This document shows, piece by piece, positions 10,190 through 20,993 of a stretch of DNA of 64,000 nucleotides. Position 1 is the first letter of the stretch; every line of letters begins with the position of its first letter. The notes below the pieces were generated by a model. It was not told the DNA's origin and ran no database searches. It was given only the letters and a program-made list of their open reading frames with translations. Made by a program: the position numbers and the translations under genes. The stretch lies in the NCBI GenBank assembly GCA_003280965.1, contig QCDI01000007.1, positions 1-64,000 on the forward strand. The letters run 5' to 3'. Origin of the DNA: Prochlorococcus sp. AG-355-B18. Its GTDB lineage: Bacteria; Cyanobacteriota; Cyanobacteriia; PCC-6307; Cyanobiaceae.

Positions 10190-11593
10190 GTGAAATTTAA
10201 GAGTAATTTATACAAGTTAAAAGATGTTTACAGAAAATTATCTGTACCTCAATTTACCATTGTCACAGGATTATTCATTATTTTTTTTGGGACTTTAATT
10301 TTAAGTTCGCCTTTATGTTCATCTTCAAAGGTGGGTTTATGGGAAGCATTTTTTACATCTACTTCTGCCATAACCGTTACTGGCCTAACCATAATTGATA
10401 TTGGTGTCGATTTAAATTTCTTTGGCCAAGTTTTTCTGGCCTTTATGCTTTTATCGGGTGGTCTAGGATTAATGGCTATCACGACATTTTTACAAGGTTT
10501 CGTTGTGAAGGGGACAAAGCTTAGAACAAGATTAGATAAAGGAAAAACTTTAGATGAATTTGGAGTTGGAGGAATTGGTAGAACTTTTCAAAGCATTGCT
10601 ATTACTGCAACTTGTATAATTTCATTTGGCGCAATAGTTTTATATTCATTTGGATTTGTAGATATTCAAAATAATTGGGAAAGACTTTGGACTTCTATTT
10701 TTCACAGCATATCTGCATATAACAATGCAGGTTTTTCTCTATGGTCTAATAGTCTTCAAGACTATAGAACAAATTTTCTGGTTAATAGTGTCTTTGTTTT
10801 TCTAATTGTTATGGGCGGACTGGGATGGCGGGTAATTGACGATATTTGGAGTAATAAAAAAAATCTTTCTTATAGTAAATTGAGCCTTCATTCCAGACTA
10901 GTTATTAGGACTAGTCTGTCTTTAATATTTTTCGGATCATTAGGATTCTTTATCATTGAATCATTGCTAAATAGTCAATTTTTCAATGATTTAAATTTGT
11001 TTGAAAAGTTAATATCGTCAATCTTTGAAACAGTAAGTGCAAGAACTGCAGGTTTTACAAATTATCCAATCTCATTGAACTCTATCTCAGATACGGGTCT
11101 TTTGTTATTAATGACACTGATGTTTATTGGAGCGAGTACTGGAGGAACAGGTGGAGGCATAAAAACAACTACATTTATTGCTTTGATGGCCGCAACTAGA
11201 TCAACTTTAAGAGGTCAAAAAGATGTAATTATTAGCAATAGATTAATTTCAGATAAAGTCATTTTAAAGGCAGTTGGAATTACTGTAGGCTCTTTACTTT
11301 TTGTTCTTTTAATGGCAATGCTGTTAAGTACAACTAATACATTTGTTAAAAAAGAATCTTTTACATTCTTGGAAATTCTATTCACTTGCATATCTGCATT
11401 TGCAACAGTTGGTTTTGATATTGGTTTAACTGCAAAATTAAATCATTTTGGCCAATTTATTCTTATTGTTGGCATGTTTGTGGGTAGGCTTGGTATCCTT
11501 TTGCTATTAAGTGCGCTTTGGCAGGCTCTTTATAAGAGTAGAATAGATAGACAAAAGAGAATTGGCTATCCTAGGGCTGATCTTTATGTTTAG
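10190..11593 (+). CDS. ktrB: Ktr/Trk K+ uptake membrane subunit
   Basis: SAITVTGL, NNAGF, RTAGF, GGTGGGIK, SAFATVG. Confidence 0.88.
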   Translation: MKFKSNLYKLKDVYRKLSVPQFTIVTGLFIIFFGTLILSSPLCSSSKVGLWEAFFTSTSAITVTGLTIIDIGVDLNFFGQVFLAFMLLSGGLGLMAITTFLQGFVVKGTKLRTRLDKGKTLDEFGVGGIGRTFQSIAITATCIISFGAIVLYSFGFVDIQNNWERLWTSIFHSISAYNNAGFSLWSNSLQDYRTNFLVNSVFVFLIVMGGLGWRVIDDIWSNKKNLSYSKLSLHSRLVIRTSLSLIFFGSLGFFIIESLLNSQFFNDLNLFEKLISSIFETVSARTAGFTNYPISLNSISDTGLLLLMTLMFIGASTGGTGGGIKTTTFIALMAATRSTLRGQKDVIISNRLISDKVILKAVGITVGSLLFVLLMAMLLSTTNTFVKKESFTFLEILFTCISAFATVGFDIGLTAKLNHFGQFILIVGMFVGRLGILLLLSALWQALYKSRIDRQKRIGYPRADLYV

Positions 11594-11611
11594 GATTGAC
11601 TGAGTTTTATT

Positions 11612-12316
11612 ATGGCTGATTGGTGGCAGTGGTCTCAAAAGAGAGAAAAAGAAGCCCTAACATTTGCAGTTGTCGGCGTTGGAAGATTTGGAACCGCTGT
11701 TTGTAGAGAACTTATAAGTAATGGTGCAGATGTTTTGGCTGCAGATTATTCGGAAAAAGCTATTGATGATTTGAGACAATTGGAACCTTCGATAGAAGCA
11801 CGAGTTGTAGATTGTACTGATGAAGAGTCTATGAAGGAATCTGGAATACTTGAAATGAATACTGTTGTTGTAGGAATAAGTGAACCCATTGAAGCAAGTA
11901 TAACAACTACACTTATTGCTAAGGATAGTGAGGGTAGTAAAGTCAAAAGAGTGATAGCTAGAGCTACGAGTGATTTGCACGAAAAGATGTTAAAAAGGGT
12001 AGGTGCAGATAAAGTTGTCTTTCCTTCCAGAATGCAAGGTGAAAGATTAGGTTTAGAACTAGTTAGACCAAATCTAATCGAAAGATTGGAATTAGATAAC
12101 CAAACTGGTATAGATGAAATAACTGTTCCAGAAGAATTTATTGGAAGATCTTTAAGAGATTTAAATTTGAGAAAAAATTATTTAGTAAATGTTTTAGCAG
12201 CAGGACCTGCTGAAGAGTTAACAGTTAATCCTCCTGCAAAATATATTTTGGAAAGAGGAAATATTTTGGTAGTTATGGGAAAAACTGCAGATTTACAGAA
12301 ATTACCTCAAAATTAA
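11612..12316 (+). CDS. ktrA: Ktr/Trk K+ uptake NAD-binding subunit
   Basis: GVGRFG Rossmann motif; adjacent to ktrB. Confidence 0.88.
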   Translation: MADWWQWSQKREKEALTFAVVGVGRFGTAVCRELISNGADVLAADYSEKAIDDLRQLEPSIEARVVDCTDEESMKESGILEMNTVVVGISEPIEASITTTLIAKDSEGSKVKRVIARATSDLHEKMLKRVGADKVVFPSRMQGERLGLELVRPNLIERLELDNQTGIDEITVPEEFIGRSLRDLNLRKNYLVNVLAAGPAEELTVNPPAKYILERGNILVVMGKTADLQKLPQN

Positions 12317-12625
12317 TTATTTTGAATCAGATTTTCTATAGTATCTAATCCTTTGTGGAGCTTTTTTTAATCTTTTGATGCTTTGTTTTTCAAGTTCGTC
12401 TCTAAATTTATCTGTATTTAAATTATTTTTTGTGACAAGAAAGTCACCTTCTTTCTCAAGATAATTTTTTATACCCTCTTGTATTAAGACTTTTGCCATA
12501 TTACTTATTGTCCGAGATTCATTGTTAGCTAAATTAGTCAGTTGCTCACAAATTAATTCTGGAAGAACTACTTGAATTCTAGGTGATTTAGGCTTCCCAT
12601 TTGTTGAATTTTGACGGGTAGCCAT
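12317..12625 (-). CDS. Ribbon-helix-helix protein
   Basis: PRIQVVLPE...ESRTISNMAKVLI. Confidence 0.7.
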   Translation of the reverse strand: MATRQNSTNGKPKSPRIQVVLPELICEQLTNLANNESRTISNMAKVLIQEGIKNYLEKEGDFLVTKNNLNTDKFRDELEKQSIKRLKKAPQRIRYYRKSDSK

Positions 12626-12685
12626 GAGGCAAAGTGGATAACTGTTACTTATTAGTATACACAGTTAGTCAAGGATACTATCTTT

Positions 12686-13081
12686 GTGTATATTATTAAT
12701 AAGGAAATTATGTCCGTATTAATTAATTGTTCGTATTGCCCCATGAAAAATTCAAGAAAACTTGATTCACCTAATAGGTCGATAATTGATAAAAAGAAAA
12801 AAAGATTAGTTAATTCTGATTCTCACGATAATGAAAATAGTGATGTGTTGGTATCAGCTGTAATTAGTCCATATTTGTTAACTCATCTTCATCATATTCT
12901 TCAACAGTCTGAATATTATGCTCAAAAAGATGGTAGAAACTCTCATGCAGCTAATTTTGCGAAACTAAGAAAGGTATTATGTTTAGATGCAAGAAGTATG
13001 GCAGATGCATCAGCAAAAGAAATAAAAGATACGGACAATGATTTATCTTTTAATAAATATAATGAACAAAATGTAGCTTGA
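12686..13081 (+). CDS. Hypothetical protein (start uncertain)
   Basis: ORF divergent from the RHH gene. Confidence 0.6.
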   Translation: MYIINKEIMSVLINCSYCPMKNSRKLDSPNRSIIDKKKKRLVNSDSHDNENSDVLVSAVISPYLLTHLHHILQQSEYYAQKDGRNSHAANFAKLRKVLCLDARSMADASAKEIKDTDNDLSFNKYNEQNVA

Positions 13082-13115
13082 AGTAATAGTCTATTAGTAA
13101 ATAGATTTTAAAAAC

Positions 13116-13346
13116 ATGTCTAGTAATGCTGAAAAGCTTTATAACTTAATAGCAAACGATTCCAAAAAGAAACAAAGTTTATTTATGACAGCTTTGACTA
13201 ATCCAAAAAAAGCCTTAGATAAAATTTGCGATATCGGAAACGAGTTAAATATTTCTGTCACTAAAGAGGAGGTTATTGAATATTTGGGGACTATTGACGA
13301 CGAGGCAACTAAAATGTGGTTAGTTAAGGCTCGAGGAGGTCTTTAG
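13116..13346 (+). CDS. Hypothetical protein
   Basis: 76-aa ORF with ATG start. Confidence 0.65.
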   Translation: MSSNAEKLYNLIANDSKKKQSLFMTALTNPKKALDKICDIGNELNISVTKEEVIEYLGTIDDEATKMWLVKARGGL

Positions 13347-13500
13347 TATAAGGTTTAGAATAATTATTGTTTTGATTCGTCGTAGGTTTTATTCTTTTAT
13401 TGTAGCCACCTCCACCAGCTAGAGTCCAAAAAAACCAATAACTTGGAATTGCAAGAGCTGCAGCTATGAAAATCACTACAATTTGTTCTATTCTTTTCAT
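13324..13500 (-). CDS. Small membrane protein, 58 aa (not in ORF track)
   Basis: Manual translation MKRIEQIVVIFIAAALAIPSYWFFWTLAGGGGYNK...KDLLEP*. Confidence 0.6.
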   Translation of the reverse strand: MKRIEQIVVIFIAAALAIPSYWFFWTLAGGGGYNKRIKPTTNQNNNYSKPYTKDLLEP

Positions 13501-13571
13501 AATCCAATTTTATTCTACAAAATATTTTTTAGTAAATAACCTCAGATTTTGTAAATTCTATTTTTAAAACA

Positions 13572-15182
13572 GTGATTAGATTTGAAGGTGTAAGCAAAAT
13601 TTATTCTACAGATGTTGTTTTAAAAAATATTAATTGGGAGATTAAGAAAGGAGAAAAAATTGGCTTAGTTGGTTCTAATGGTGCAGGAAAATCAACCCAA
13701 TTCAAGATCTTAATTGGTGAGGAAGATCAAACAAGTGGCACGATTATCAAAGAGGGAAATCCGAAAATTGCTCATTTAAAACAGGAGTTAGATTGTAATT
13801 TGAATTATTCAGTGCGAGAGGAATTAGAAAGTTCCTTCAAAGATATAAAAATAGTTGCTCTTAAATTATTAGAAATTGAAAAAAAATTAAAATCATTAGA
13901 TATAAAAAAACATACTGAGGAACTTGAAATATCAGTAAATCAACTCGCAAAATATCAAGCAAAATATGAATCATTAGGTGGCTATAAAATGCAATCTGAG
14001 GTTGAAAAAATATTGCCCCAACTAGGTTTCTCTATCGAAGATGCTGATAAATTAGTTGGAAATTTTTCAGGAGGCTGGCAGATGAAAATTGCACTCGGAA
14101 AAATAATCTTACAAAAACCTGATTTACTTTTACTTGATGAACCAACCAATCATTTAGATTTAGATACTATTTTCTGGTTGGAAGAATATCTATCATCTCT
14201 TAAGATTGCAATTATTATAATCAGTCATGATAGATATTTTTTAGATAAATTATGCAAGAAAATAATTTTTGTAGATAGAGGAATATCTGAAATTTATAAT
14301 GGTAACTATTCTTTTTTTGTGGAACAGAAATCTTTAAATGAAGAATCACAAAATAAAGCATTTCAATTACAACAAAAAGAAATTCAGATCCAAAAGAAGT
14401 ACATAGATAGATTTAGAGCTAGTGCAACTAGAAGTTCTCAAGCCAAGAGTAGAGAAAAACAATTAAAAAAGATTCCTAAAATTGAGGCTCCTAAATCAAA
14501 ATCAAAAAGTCCAGCTTTTAATTTTCAGGATTGTCCTCGCTCAGGAAAATTAATTCTAAATATCAAAAATTTGTCTCATAGTTATGAGGATAGAATCCTT
14601 TTTTTAGATGTCAATTTAAAGATTTCTTCGGGCGAAAAAATAGCATTACTTGGACCTAATGGCTGCGGTAAATCTACATTGCTTAAAATTATTATGAAAA
14701 AAATATCCCCTGAAATTGGAGAAATTAATCTTGGTAAACATAATATTATTACTAGTTATTATGAACAAAATCAGGCTGAAGCACTTTCACTAGAGGAGAG
14801 GGTTATCGATTTAATATGTTATAAATCTCCAGAGTGGTCACAAAAAAAAGTAAGAACATTTTTAGGAGGTTTTGGCTTTCAAAATGAAACTGTTTTTAAG
14901 TATGTTAAACAACTCAGTGGTGGAGAAAAGGCAAGATTAGCATTGGCTCTCATGATTATGAATCCTAGTAATTTTCTGCTACTTGATGAACCAACTAATC
15001 ATTTGGATCTTCAATCTAAAGAAAACTTAGAATTAGCAATTAAAAATTATAAAGGTTCATTATTAATAGTTTCTCATGATCGATATTTTATCTCAAAGGT
15101 TGCAAATAGAATTGTCGAAATTAAAGATTCTAAGTTATTTTCATATGATGGAAATTACGAATATTTTTTAGAAAAAAAATAA
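13572..15182 (+). CDS. ABC-F family ATPase
   Basis: Two ABC cassettes (GSNGAGKST/FSGGW; GPNGCGKST/LSGGE), DEPTNHLD twice, no TM. Confidence 0.93.
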   Translation: MIRFEGVSKIYSTDVVLKNINWEIKKGEKIGLVGSNGAGKSTQFKILIGEEDQTSGTIIKEGNPKIAHLKQELDCNLNYSVREELESSFKDIKIVALKLLEIEKKLKSLDIKKHTEELEISVNQLAKYQAKYESLGGYKMQSEVEKILPQLGFSIEDADKLVGNFSGGWQMKIALGKIILQKPDLLLLDEPTNHLDLDTIFWLEEYLSSLKIAIIIISHDRYFLDKLCKKIIFVDRGISEIYNGNYSFFVEQKSLNEESQNKAFQLQQKEIQIQKKYIDRFRASATRSSQAKSREKQLKKIPKIEAPKSKSKSPAFNFQDCPRSGKLILNIKNLSHSYEDRILFLDVNLKISSGEKIALLGPNGCGKSTLLKIIMKKISPEIGEINLGKHNIITSYYEQNQAEALSLEERVIDLICYKSPEWSQKKVRTFLGGFGFQNETVFKYVKQLSGGEKARLALALMIMNPSNFLLLDEPTNHLDLQSKENLELAIKNYKGSLLIVSHDRYFISKVANRIVEIKDSKLFSYDGNYEYFLEKK

Positions 15183-15219
15183 AAAAAGTACAAAAACTTG
15201 TAATCAACAAATAAATCTT

Positions 15220-16380
15220 TTAGTTACTTTGTAGATTAGTAATATCAGTTGGTCGAACTTTAACTCTTATAAGAGTGTTTTTTCGCTTCAATAATATATT
15301 TACTGTTTTATTAATTCCATTTTTACTTATTTGGCTTATAACATCTGAAGCTGCTTCAATATCTTTATTGCCTACTTTTATAATTATGTCATTTATCATA
15401 AATCCGCTCTTTTCAGCTGGACTATTTGGCACTACATAACCAACTTTTACAGAAATATTATTTGTTTTAGGATTACTCTCATCTATTAGGCTTATCCCAA
15501 TCATAGGATGTATTACTTTACCATTATTTATTAGTTGATAAGCAATTTCTTTAGCTTTATTAATTGGAATTGCGAAACTTAAACCTGCTCCTGGCCCTGA
15601 TCTTATCAAGGTATTAATACCAATTACTTCCCCATTGCTATTTAAGAGTGGCCCTCCAGAGTTTCCAGGATTAATAGCAGCATCTGTTTGAATCAGCTCA
15701 AGTTTCTTATCATATATTCCTAATTGAGTAACGTTTCTATTTAGATTACTAATAATGCCAAGGGTGACTGTATTTTCTAGGCCGAATGGATTGCCAACTG
15801 CGATTGCCCAATCACCAACTTTAATTTTTGTTGAATCTCCCAATTGGGCTTTTGGCCAAGGCCCTTTTCCTTCTATCTTAAGCACGGCTAAATCAGTAAA
15901 AAAGTCTTGACCTATAAGTTTTGCGTTTAATTTTTTGCCATTGGTTAAACCAACAATTACCTTATCTGATCCATTTACAACATGAGCATTAGTCATTACG
16001 AGTCCGTCTGCGAATATAAATCCACTTCCTTGGTTTTGCTCTATCCTTGGCTGATTGTCGTTAGGCAAATCTAATCCAAAAAATCTCTCAAAATATGGGT
16101 CTAGAAATAGTTGAGAATTTCGTTGAAATTTTCTTTTTTTAACATATCTTTGAGTATCAATTGTCACAACAGAGGAACCTGTTTTTTCTACAGCTTTAGT
16201 TATGAAAGATTTGTCTGAATAATTATTAATTTCATTTAATTTTGTAATAATTAATGACTGAGATATTAGATTTGTTGGAAATAAAAACCCTAATGCAATT
16301 GCTGATGAGAGAAATAATTTCTTATTCTTGTCGCTTTTCAATATTGATTTTCTTATTATTTTCTTATTCATTTGGTACAC
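15220..16380 (-). CDS. HtrA/DegQ serine protease with PDZ domain
   Basis: TNAHVV, DLAVLK, GNSGGPL. Confidence 0.93.
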   Translation of the reverse strand: MYQMNKKIIRKSILKSDKNKKLFLSSAIALGFLFPTNLISQSLIITKLNEINNYSDKSFITKAVEKTGSSVVTIDTQRYVKKRKFQRNSQLFLDPYFERFFGLDLPNDNQPRIEQNQGSGFIFADGLVMTNAHVVNGSDKVIVGLTNGKKLNAKLIGQDFFTDLAVLKIEGKGPWPKAQLGDSTKIKVGDWAIAVGNPFGLENTVTLGIISNLNRNVTQLGIYDKKLELIQTDAAINPGNSGGPLLNSNGEVIGINTLIRSGPGAGLSFAIPINKAKEIAYQLINNGKVIHPMIGISLIDESNPKTNNISVKVGYVVPNSPAEKSGFMINDIIIKVGNKDIEAASDVISQISKNGINKTVNILLKRKNTLIRVKVRPTDITNLQSN

Positions 16381-16516
16381 AATATTTGTGTTAACTTACT
16401 ATAACTATACAAAAAATTCATTTAGTTTAGAAAAGAATTTATTAACCTAAAATAGCTAATTTTCTTTTTTTCGAGCTATCATATAGTTTATATTACTTAT
16501 TAATTTATAAGCTTAA

Positions 16517-16780
16517 ATGACGATTTTATTTCCAATTATATATTCGGCAGCTCTCACTTATCTAGTTTGGAAAGCTTTTAAAGTTATGTCAAATGGATGG
16601 AATATATCTGGATCAGAAAAAAAACCTTTTAATAACTCAAAATTTCAACAAAAAAAATATACAATTCACCCAGAACTTCTTGATAAATCTGGAAATATTA
16701 CAGAAGAGGAGCTCCTAACAGTGAGATTTTCAAATGATAATGATTCTTCACTTGAAGAGAAGGGTTCAACTACTGATTAA
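16517..16780 (+). CDS. DUF2973-like small protein
   Basis: N-terminal TM, TIHPELLDKSG. Confidence 0.7.
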   Translation: MTILFPIIYSAALTYLVWKAFKVMSNGWNISGSEKKPFNNSKFQQKKYTIHPELLDKSGNITEEELLTVRFSNDNDSSLEEKGSTTD

Positions 16781-16805
16781 TTGAATTTAAATTTTAGGAA
16801 AAAAA

Positions 16806-17189
16806 TTGGAATTAAGAACAAAAATTGTCTCAGCGGTCGTAAGATCTCTTAAGTTACCGCCAAGGTTTCGTTTAAAAATGGTTAAAGAAGATCCTGTTAG
16901 GCTTGAACTAAGCTTGACTCCTTCTTATGGTAAAAATCCAGTAATTGTTGGAATAGTAGAATCTCTGGATTTAGTTGCTAGAAGAGATAGAGAAGGGAGA
17001 ATACCAAGAGATCTACAAGGAACATGGGATTGGACAGTAAGACATGGCAAAGTGAGTACTGGTGGATGGAATCCTATGCTCAAGGAAGCGTTACAAACCA
17101 TGTTTGATACAGGATTGCCAGCCATCATTTATGAAGAACTTACTGGAGATGAGTATCGTCCAGTTGATGGAATAAGACATGTTAAATAA
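16806..17189 (+). CDS. Conserved hypothetical protein
   Basis: 127-aa ORF with TTG start. Confidence 0.7.
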   Translation: MELRTKIVSAVVRSLKLPPRFRLKMVKEDPVRLELSLTPSYGKNPVIVGIVESLDLVARRDREGRIPRDLQGTWDWTVRHGKVSTGGWNPMLKEALQTMFDTGLPAIIYEELTGDEYRPVDGIRHVK

Positions 17190-17256
17190 TCATTTATTAT
17201 TTTTCATAAATTCTTCCTCAAAACGTTAAAATAAAATCAGTACTCAGAAGTTAATT

Positions 17257-17403
17257 ATGTCCGATGAAAATCAACCAAGATTTGGATTTGTGAATTTTGC
17301 CGAAACGTGGAATGGTCGTATGGCTATGATGGGTATCTTAATTGGGTTAGGAACTGAACTAATTACTGGACAAAGCATTTTACGTCAAATTGGAATAGGC
17401 TAA
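17257..17403 (+). CDS. hli: High-light inducible protein, 48 aa (not in ORF track)
   Basis: MSDENQPRFGFVNFAETWNGRMAMMG: AExxNGRxAM chlorophyll-binding motif. Confidence 0.92.
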   Translation: MSDENQPRFGFVNFAETWNGRMAMMGILIGLGTELITGQSILRQIGIG

Positions 17404-17405
17404 GT

Positions 17406-17747
17406 TTATTTAACTTCTTCTGCCTTTATTTCTATTGTTCTTTCACTCGGATTTTTATCATATTTGCTTTCTTTATTTGAGTCCTTTAAATTTTCACCGC
17501 AGTTCATACATGTATCACTTAAACCTAGCGATATTGCACCACAATTACTACATGTATTGATTTTTGGTTTATAAGAGTTAAGACCTATAAATAATATCAG
17601 CAATAAGAAAAGGGGAATTAAAAATAAAAGAAGTAAAATATTACCAAGAAAACTTATAAAAAAGTTTATTCCAAAAATAGATATTATGACAAACGTTATT
17701 AAAGTGTAAGTAAGCAAAGTTTTATTGCCTTTAAGGAAATAATCCAT
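17406..17747 (-). CDS. Membrane protein with CxxC...CxxC Zn ribbon
   Basis: Two TM segments, CSNC and CMNC. Confidence 0.7.
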   Translation of the reverse strand: MDYFLKGNKTLLTYTLITFVIISIFGINFFISFLGNILLLLFLIPLFLLLILFIGLNSYKPKINTCSNCGAISLGLSDTCMNCGENLKDSNKESKYDKNPSERTIEIKAEEVK

Positions 17748-17751
17748 ACTT

Positions 17752-18687
17752 CTAAGATGTCTTTTTTATTCTTTTTTTATTTACTAAAGACATACTAGCA
17801 ATGACAACACTCCAACACTGTCCAAAATATAAAATTACTCCTAAAAGCCATACCCATAAAGTAAGGACAAGAAAACCTCCAATAAAACCATATGCTTGAA
17901 ATCTTACACCTAGCGAAAGAATACTTTTACTTACCGCAAGGTTCAAGGTGGTTAGGCCAATTCCAATAAGAAAAGATCCAGGCAAAAGTGGTCTCAAAGG
18001 AACCTTTCTACTAGGTAGGAGAGCTTGTAATAAAAGGGCCATTAAAGAAAAGCCAATTAGTGGAATGGCAAATTGACCAACTTGTAGAAGAGGCAATTTA
18101 AGTAATAAATGAGAAATTAGATTATTAGATTTTGAAATATTTTCTAAGACATTACTTGGTATCATTCTAAGATTTGCACTAATCTGATCTAATACCATTA
18201 AGAAACCTATAAAGAATACTATTAAAAAAGCTTCAAATCTATTTCGAAGAAACCTCGATGCTTGCTCTCTCCATGCAGCATTTACTCTTTTAGAGGGAAG
18301 TTGGTCTTCCCATAGCCTATCTGAACCTCGCTGGAGAGATAAATATGCATTTCCCGCTGTAAAAAGTAAAAACATAGCTCCAAGAATACCTGCACCAAAA
18401 CCTTGATCAATTAATTTAAATAATGTTGTTTCAACTAATTCAACTACAGAAGGAGGTAAAATCTGAGCTGCAACGGAAATTATTTGCTGATCCAAGCCTT
18501 CTTGTTTGCCTAAAAACCATGATGCTATTGAAAGAGAGATTAGGAGAATAGGAAAAAATGATTGTAGTGTGTAGTACGCAAATGCAGCACTTAAATCAAT
18601 ACAATCAGATTTGCTCCATCTCTCACAAGCACCCCACAAACTTTTTAGTATCCAAGTTGTGCTTCGCTGCATATTTATTCTCTTCAA
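17752..18687 (-). CDS. YihY/BrkB family membrane protein
   Basis: SAAFAYYTLQSFFP, AYGFIGG...LWVW. Confidence 0.85.
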   Translation of the reverse strand: MKRINMQRSTTWILKSLWGACERWSKSDCIDLSAAFAYYTLQSFFPILLISLSIASWFLGKQEGLDQQIISVAAQILPPSVVELVETTLFKLIDQGFGAGILGAMFLLFTAGNAYLSLQRGSDRLWEDQLPSKRVNAAWREQASRFLRNRFEAFLIVFFIGFLMVLDQISANLRMIPSNVLENISKSNNLISHLLLKLPLLQVGQFAIPLIGFSLMALLLQALLPSRKVPLRPLLPGSFLIGIGLTTLNLAVSKSILSLGVRFQAYGFIGGFLVLTLWVWLLGVILYFGQCWSVVIASMSLVNKKRIKKTS

Positions 18688-18758
18688 ATACTTGTAATAT
18701 CTACTTTTTATTGTATCTAATAAAGCAATTTTTCAAGGAATTATTTTTTATGATCCAA

Positions 18759-19559
18759 CTAGTTTTCTAATAGTAAATTACCCCATGGTCTTAAGATTTT
18801 AATTTTTTCTATGGATCTACCAGCAACTAATGGAAAATTAACATTGCTCAAGTTTTGTCCTGGAACTAAATTTAAAGGATTTATTTCTAGCCACTCTATT
18901 GAACATTTAAGTTCTTCTAATAATAACCAGGCTGCCGCGATATCCCATATCTTTGGTGTTGACTCAATAGCTCCAAAAGTTTGTCCCATCGCCACACTTG
19001 TTAAATTTAAACTGGATACACCTAAAAGCCTTATTTTTCCAGGAAATATTGAATTTGGTTTTTTTTGTAAGATTTTTATAGATCTACTACATAAAGATAC
19101 GCATTCACTTCTTTGGTTATTGATATAAGGCTCAATCTTAGTGTTATTTAACCAGACACCCTCGCCTTGAATAGATAAAAATTTTTTCTTTAATGTAGGA
19201 ATAATCAAAAAAGAAGATTGAGGTTTACCGGCTACGAATCTAGCAATTGATATAGACCAATATGGAATACCAGCAGCAAAATTTGTTGTTCCATCCAGTG
19301 GGTCCACTATCCAATAGGCATCGCTATGAGGAATTAATTTATCCCCTTCTTCGCTGAGAACTCCCTCTTTTGGTGCAATTGAAGAAAGACCATTTACTAT
19401 AGTTTTATCACTCCATAAATCACAACTTGTAATCAAAGATCCATCTGATTTATTACTTGCACTTATATTTCCAAAGTCTTTTAGTTGGCGCTCGCTAACT
19501 AAATCAAATAATGAATCTAATTCTTTTAATTGTTTTTTTGTTAACTTATTTGTTTGCAT
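18759..19559 (-). CDS. Inositol monophosphatase family protein
   Basis: SEE, WIVDPLDGTTNF, WDIAAA. Confidence 0.9.
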   Translation of the reverse strand: MQTNKLTKKQLKELDSLFDLVSERQLKDFGNISASNKSDGSLITSCDLWSDKTIVNGLSSIAPKEGVLSEEGDKLIPHSDAYWIVDPLDGTTNFAAGIPYWSISIARFVAGKPQSSFLIIPTLKKKFLSIQGEGVWLNNTKIEPYINNQRSECVSLCSRSIKILQKKPNSIFPGKIRLLGVSSLNLTSVAMGQTFGAIESTPKIWDIAAAWLLLEELKCSIEWLEINPLNLVPGQNLSNVNFPLVAGRSIEKIKILRPWGNLLLEN

Positions 19560-20993
19560 TTAGATATCGCATATTGAATAGGGTTGATCATTACTTTCAT
19601 CAATTGATTGATCGGTACAATTTGTATTTATTTTAAGAAAAGTTAATCTCTCAAGTTGATCTAAATTTAAATTATATTTATAAACTGCGTCAATATTTTT
19701 AGACCTAGCGTCGCTTAATTCTTTTTGTCTGATTAGAACATCTTTCAGAGTTGATATTCCCACTTCATATCTTAATCTAGATAATCTTAAGGATTCTTCA
19801 GTAGAAGATACTTCTTCTAATGTAGAAAGTATTTTTGCTTGATTCAATTTTAAATTTAGATGTGCTTTATTTATATTTGCTTTAAGAATATTTTGAAAAT
19901 TAACATATGAAAAATTTTCTGCGTTAGCAGATGCTTTTTGTGATTTAGAAGAATTTTTATTTTGACCGCCATCAAAGATGTTCCAAGAAAAGTTTAGACT
20001 TATTGTATTTGTGTAAGAAGATCCATATTCATCACTATCGATTACTGTTGAAGTTAACGAATCACCTTTAGTAAAAGATGAAGAAAAAGTATTACTAATA
20101 AAAATTTTTGGTTTATTAGCATTAAGGAAATTTTTTGCCTGGTTTTGCTTAATTTTTTCTTGAATACTAGTGTTTTTTAAAGATAGATTACTTTGTAATC
20201 CATTTTTTAAATTTGTTTCGAGATCGTAAGTCCAGTAGCCTTTTATAGCTTGTTTTTTTTCTATATTAAAATCTTTTTTTATATTTAATATCTCTTTAAG
20301 CGCAAGCTTATTAATTTTATGTTGAATTTTTTTTTCATTAAGAAACTGTTTATCTCTTGTTAATTGAGCATTAGCTTCAAGAACTTCGAACTTGGTACCA
20401 ATTCCAGTTTCTAACTTTGATTCCGCATCTTTAAGACTTTGAATTGATAAATCTAGAGTAATTTCTCTATTTAATACATCCTGATATGACTTTTGCAGGT
20501 CATGATATCGTCTCCTTGCTTCTTGGATTAAATCTCTTTTTTTTATGTCATAGTTATTTTGTGCTACTTCATAATTCAACTTTGCTATTTTAATTTCATT
20601 ACCTCTGAGTGGATCAATCAGATCTAATTTCAGTCTTAAAGAGGGATTGACAGACAATTGTGAAGTTTTGGTATTTCCAGAGTTGCTATTGTAAGTTCTA
20701 CCCGCTTGATATTGTGGTAATCCATTCACATTAAAATCTAAGGTCGGATTTCTCTTTGCTAACTTACTATTGAGATTAAATTTTGCTGACAATACTAGTT
20801 CATTTAGTGATTTTAGTTCTTGATTATTATTCAAAATGATTTTATTAACGTCTTTATAACTAATTAAATTTTCTTTTTCTTTTGTGGAATTGATTAGCTT
20901 GGTTTCATCCTTATTTTGACTAAATAATGCGTTATTGGAGTAAAAAAATAAAAAAAATGGTATTAAAAATGTACGTATTAATTTTCTATGCAT
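19560..20993 (-). CDS. TolC family outer membrane efflux protein
   Basis: Signal peptide, GIGTKFEVLEA, WNIFDGG, RYEVGIST. Confidence 0.85.
   Translation of the reverse strand: MHRKLIRTFLIPFFLFFYSNNALFSQNKDETKLINSTKEKENLISYKDVNKIILNNNQELKSLNELVLSAKFNLNSKLAKRNPTLDFNVNGLPQYQAGRTYNSNSGNTKTSQLSVNPSLRLKLDLIDPLRGNEIKIAKLNYEVAQNNYDIKKRDLIQEARRRYHDLQKSYQDVLNREITLDLSIQSLKDAESKLETGIGTKFEVLEANAQLTRDKQFLNEKKIQHKINKLALKEILNIKKDFNIEKKQAIKGYWTYDLETNLKNGLQSNLSLKNTSIQEKIKQNQAKNFLNANKPKIFISNTFSSSFTKGDSLTSTVIDSDEYGSSYTNTISLNFSWNIFDGGQNKNSSKSQKASANAENFSYVNFQNILKANINKAHLNLKLNQAKILSTLEEVSSTEESLRLSRLRYEVGISTLKDVLIRQKELSDARSKNIDAVYKYNLNLDQLERLTFLKINTNCTDQSIDESNDQPYSICDI

Noticed and set aside
13116..13346. Nif11-like RiPP precursor
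   Set aside because: Only a faint leader resemblance, with no core peptide after GG and no modifying enzyme nearby
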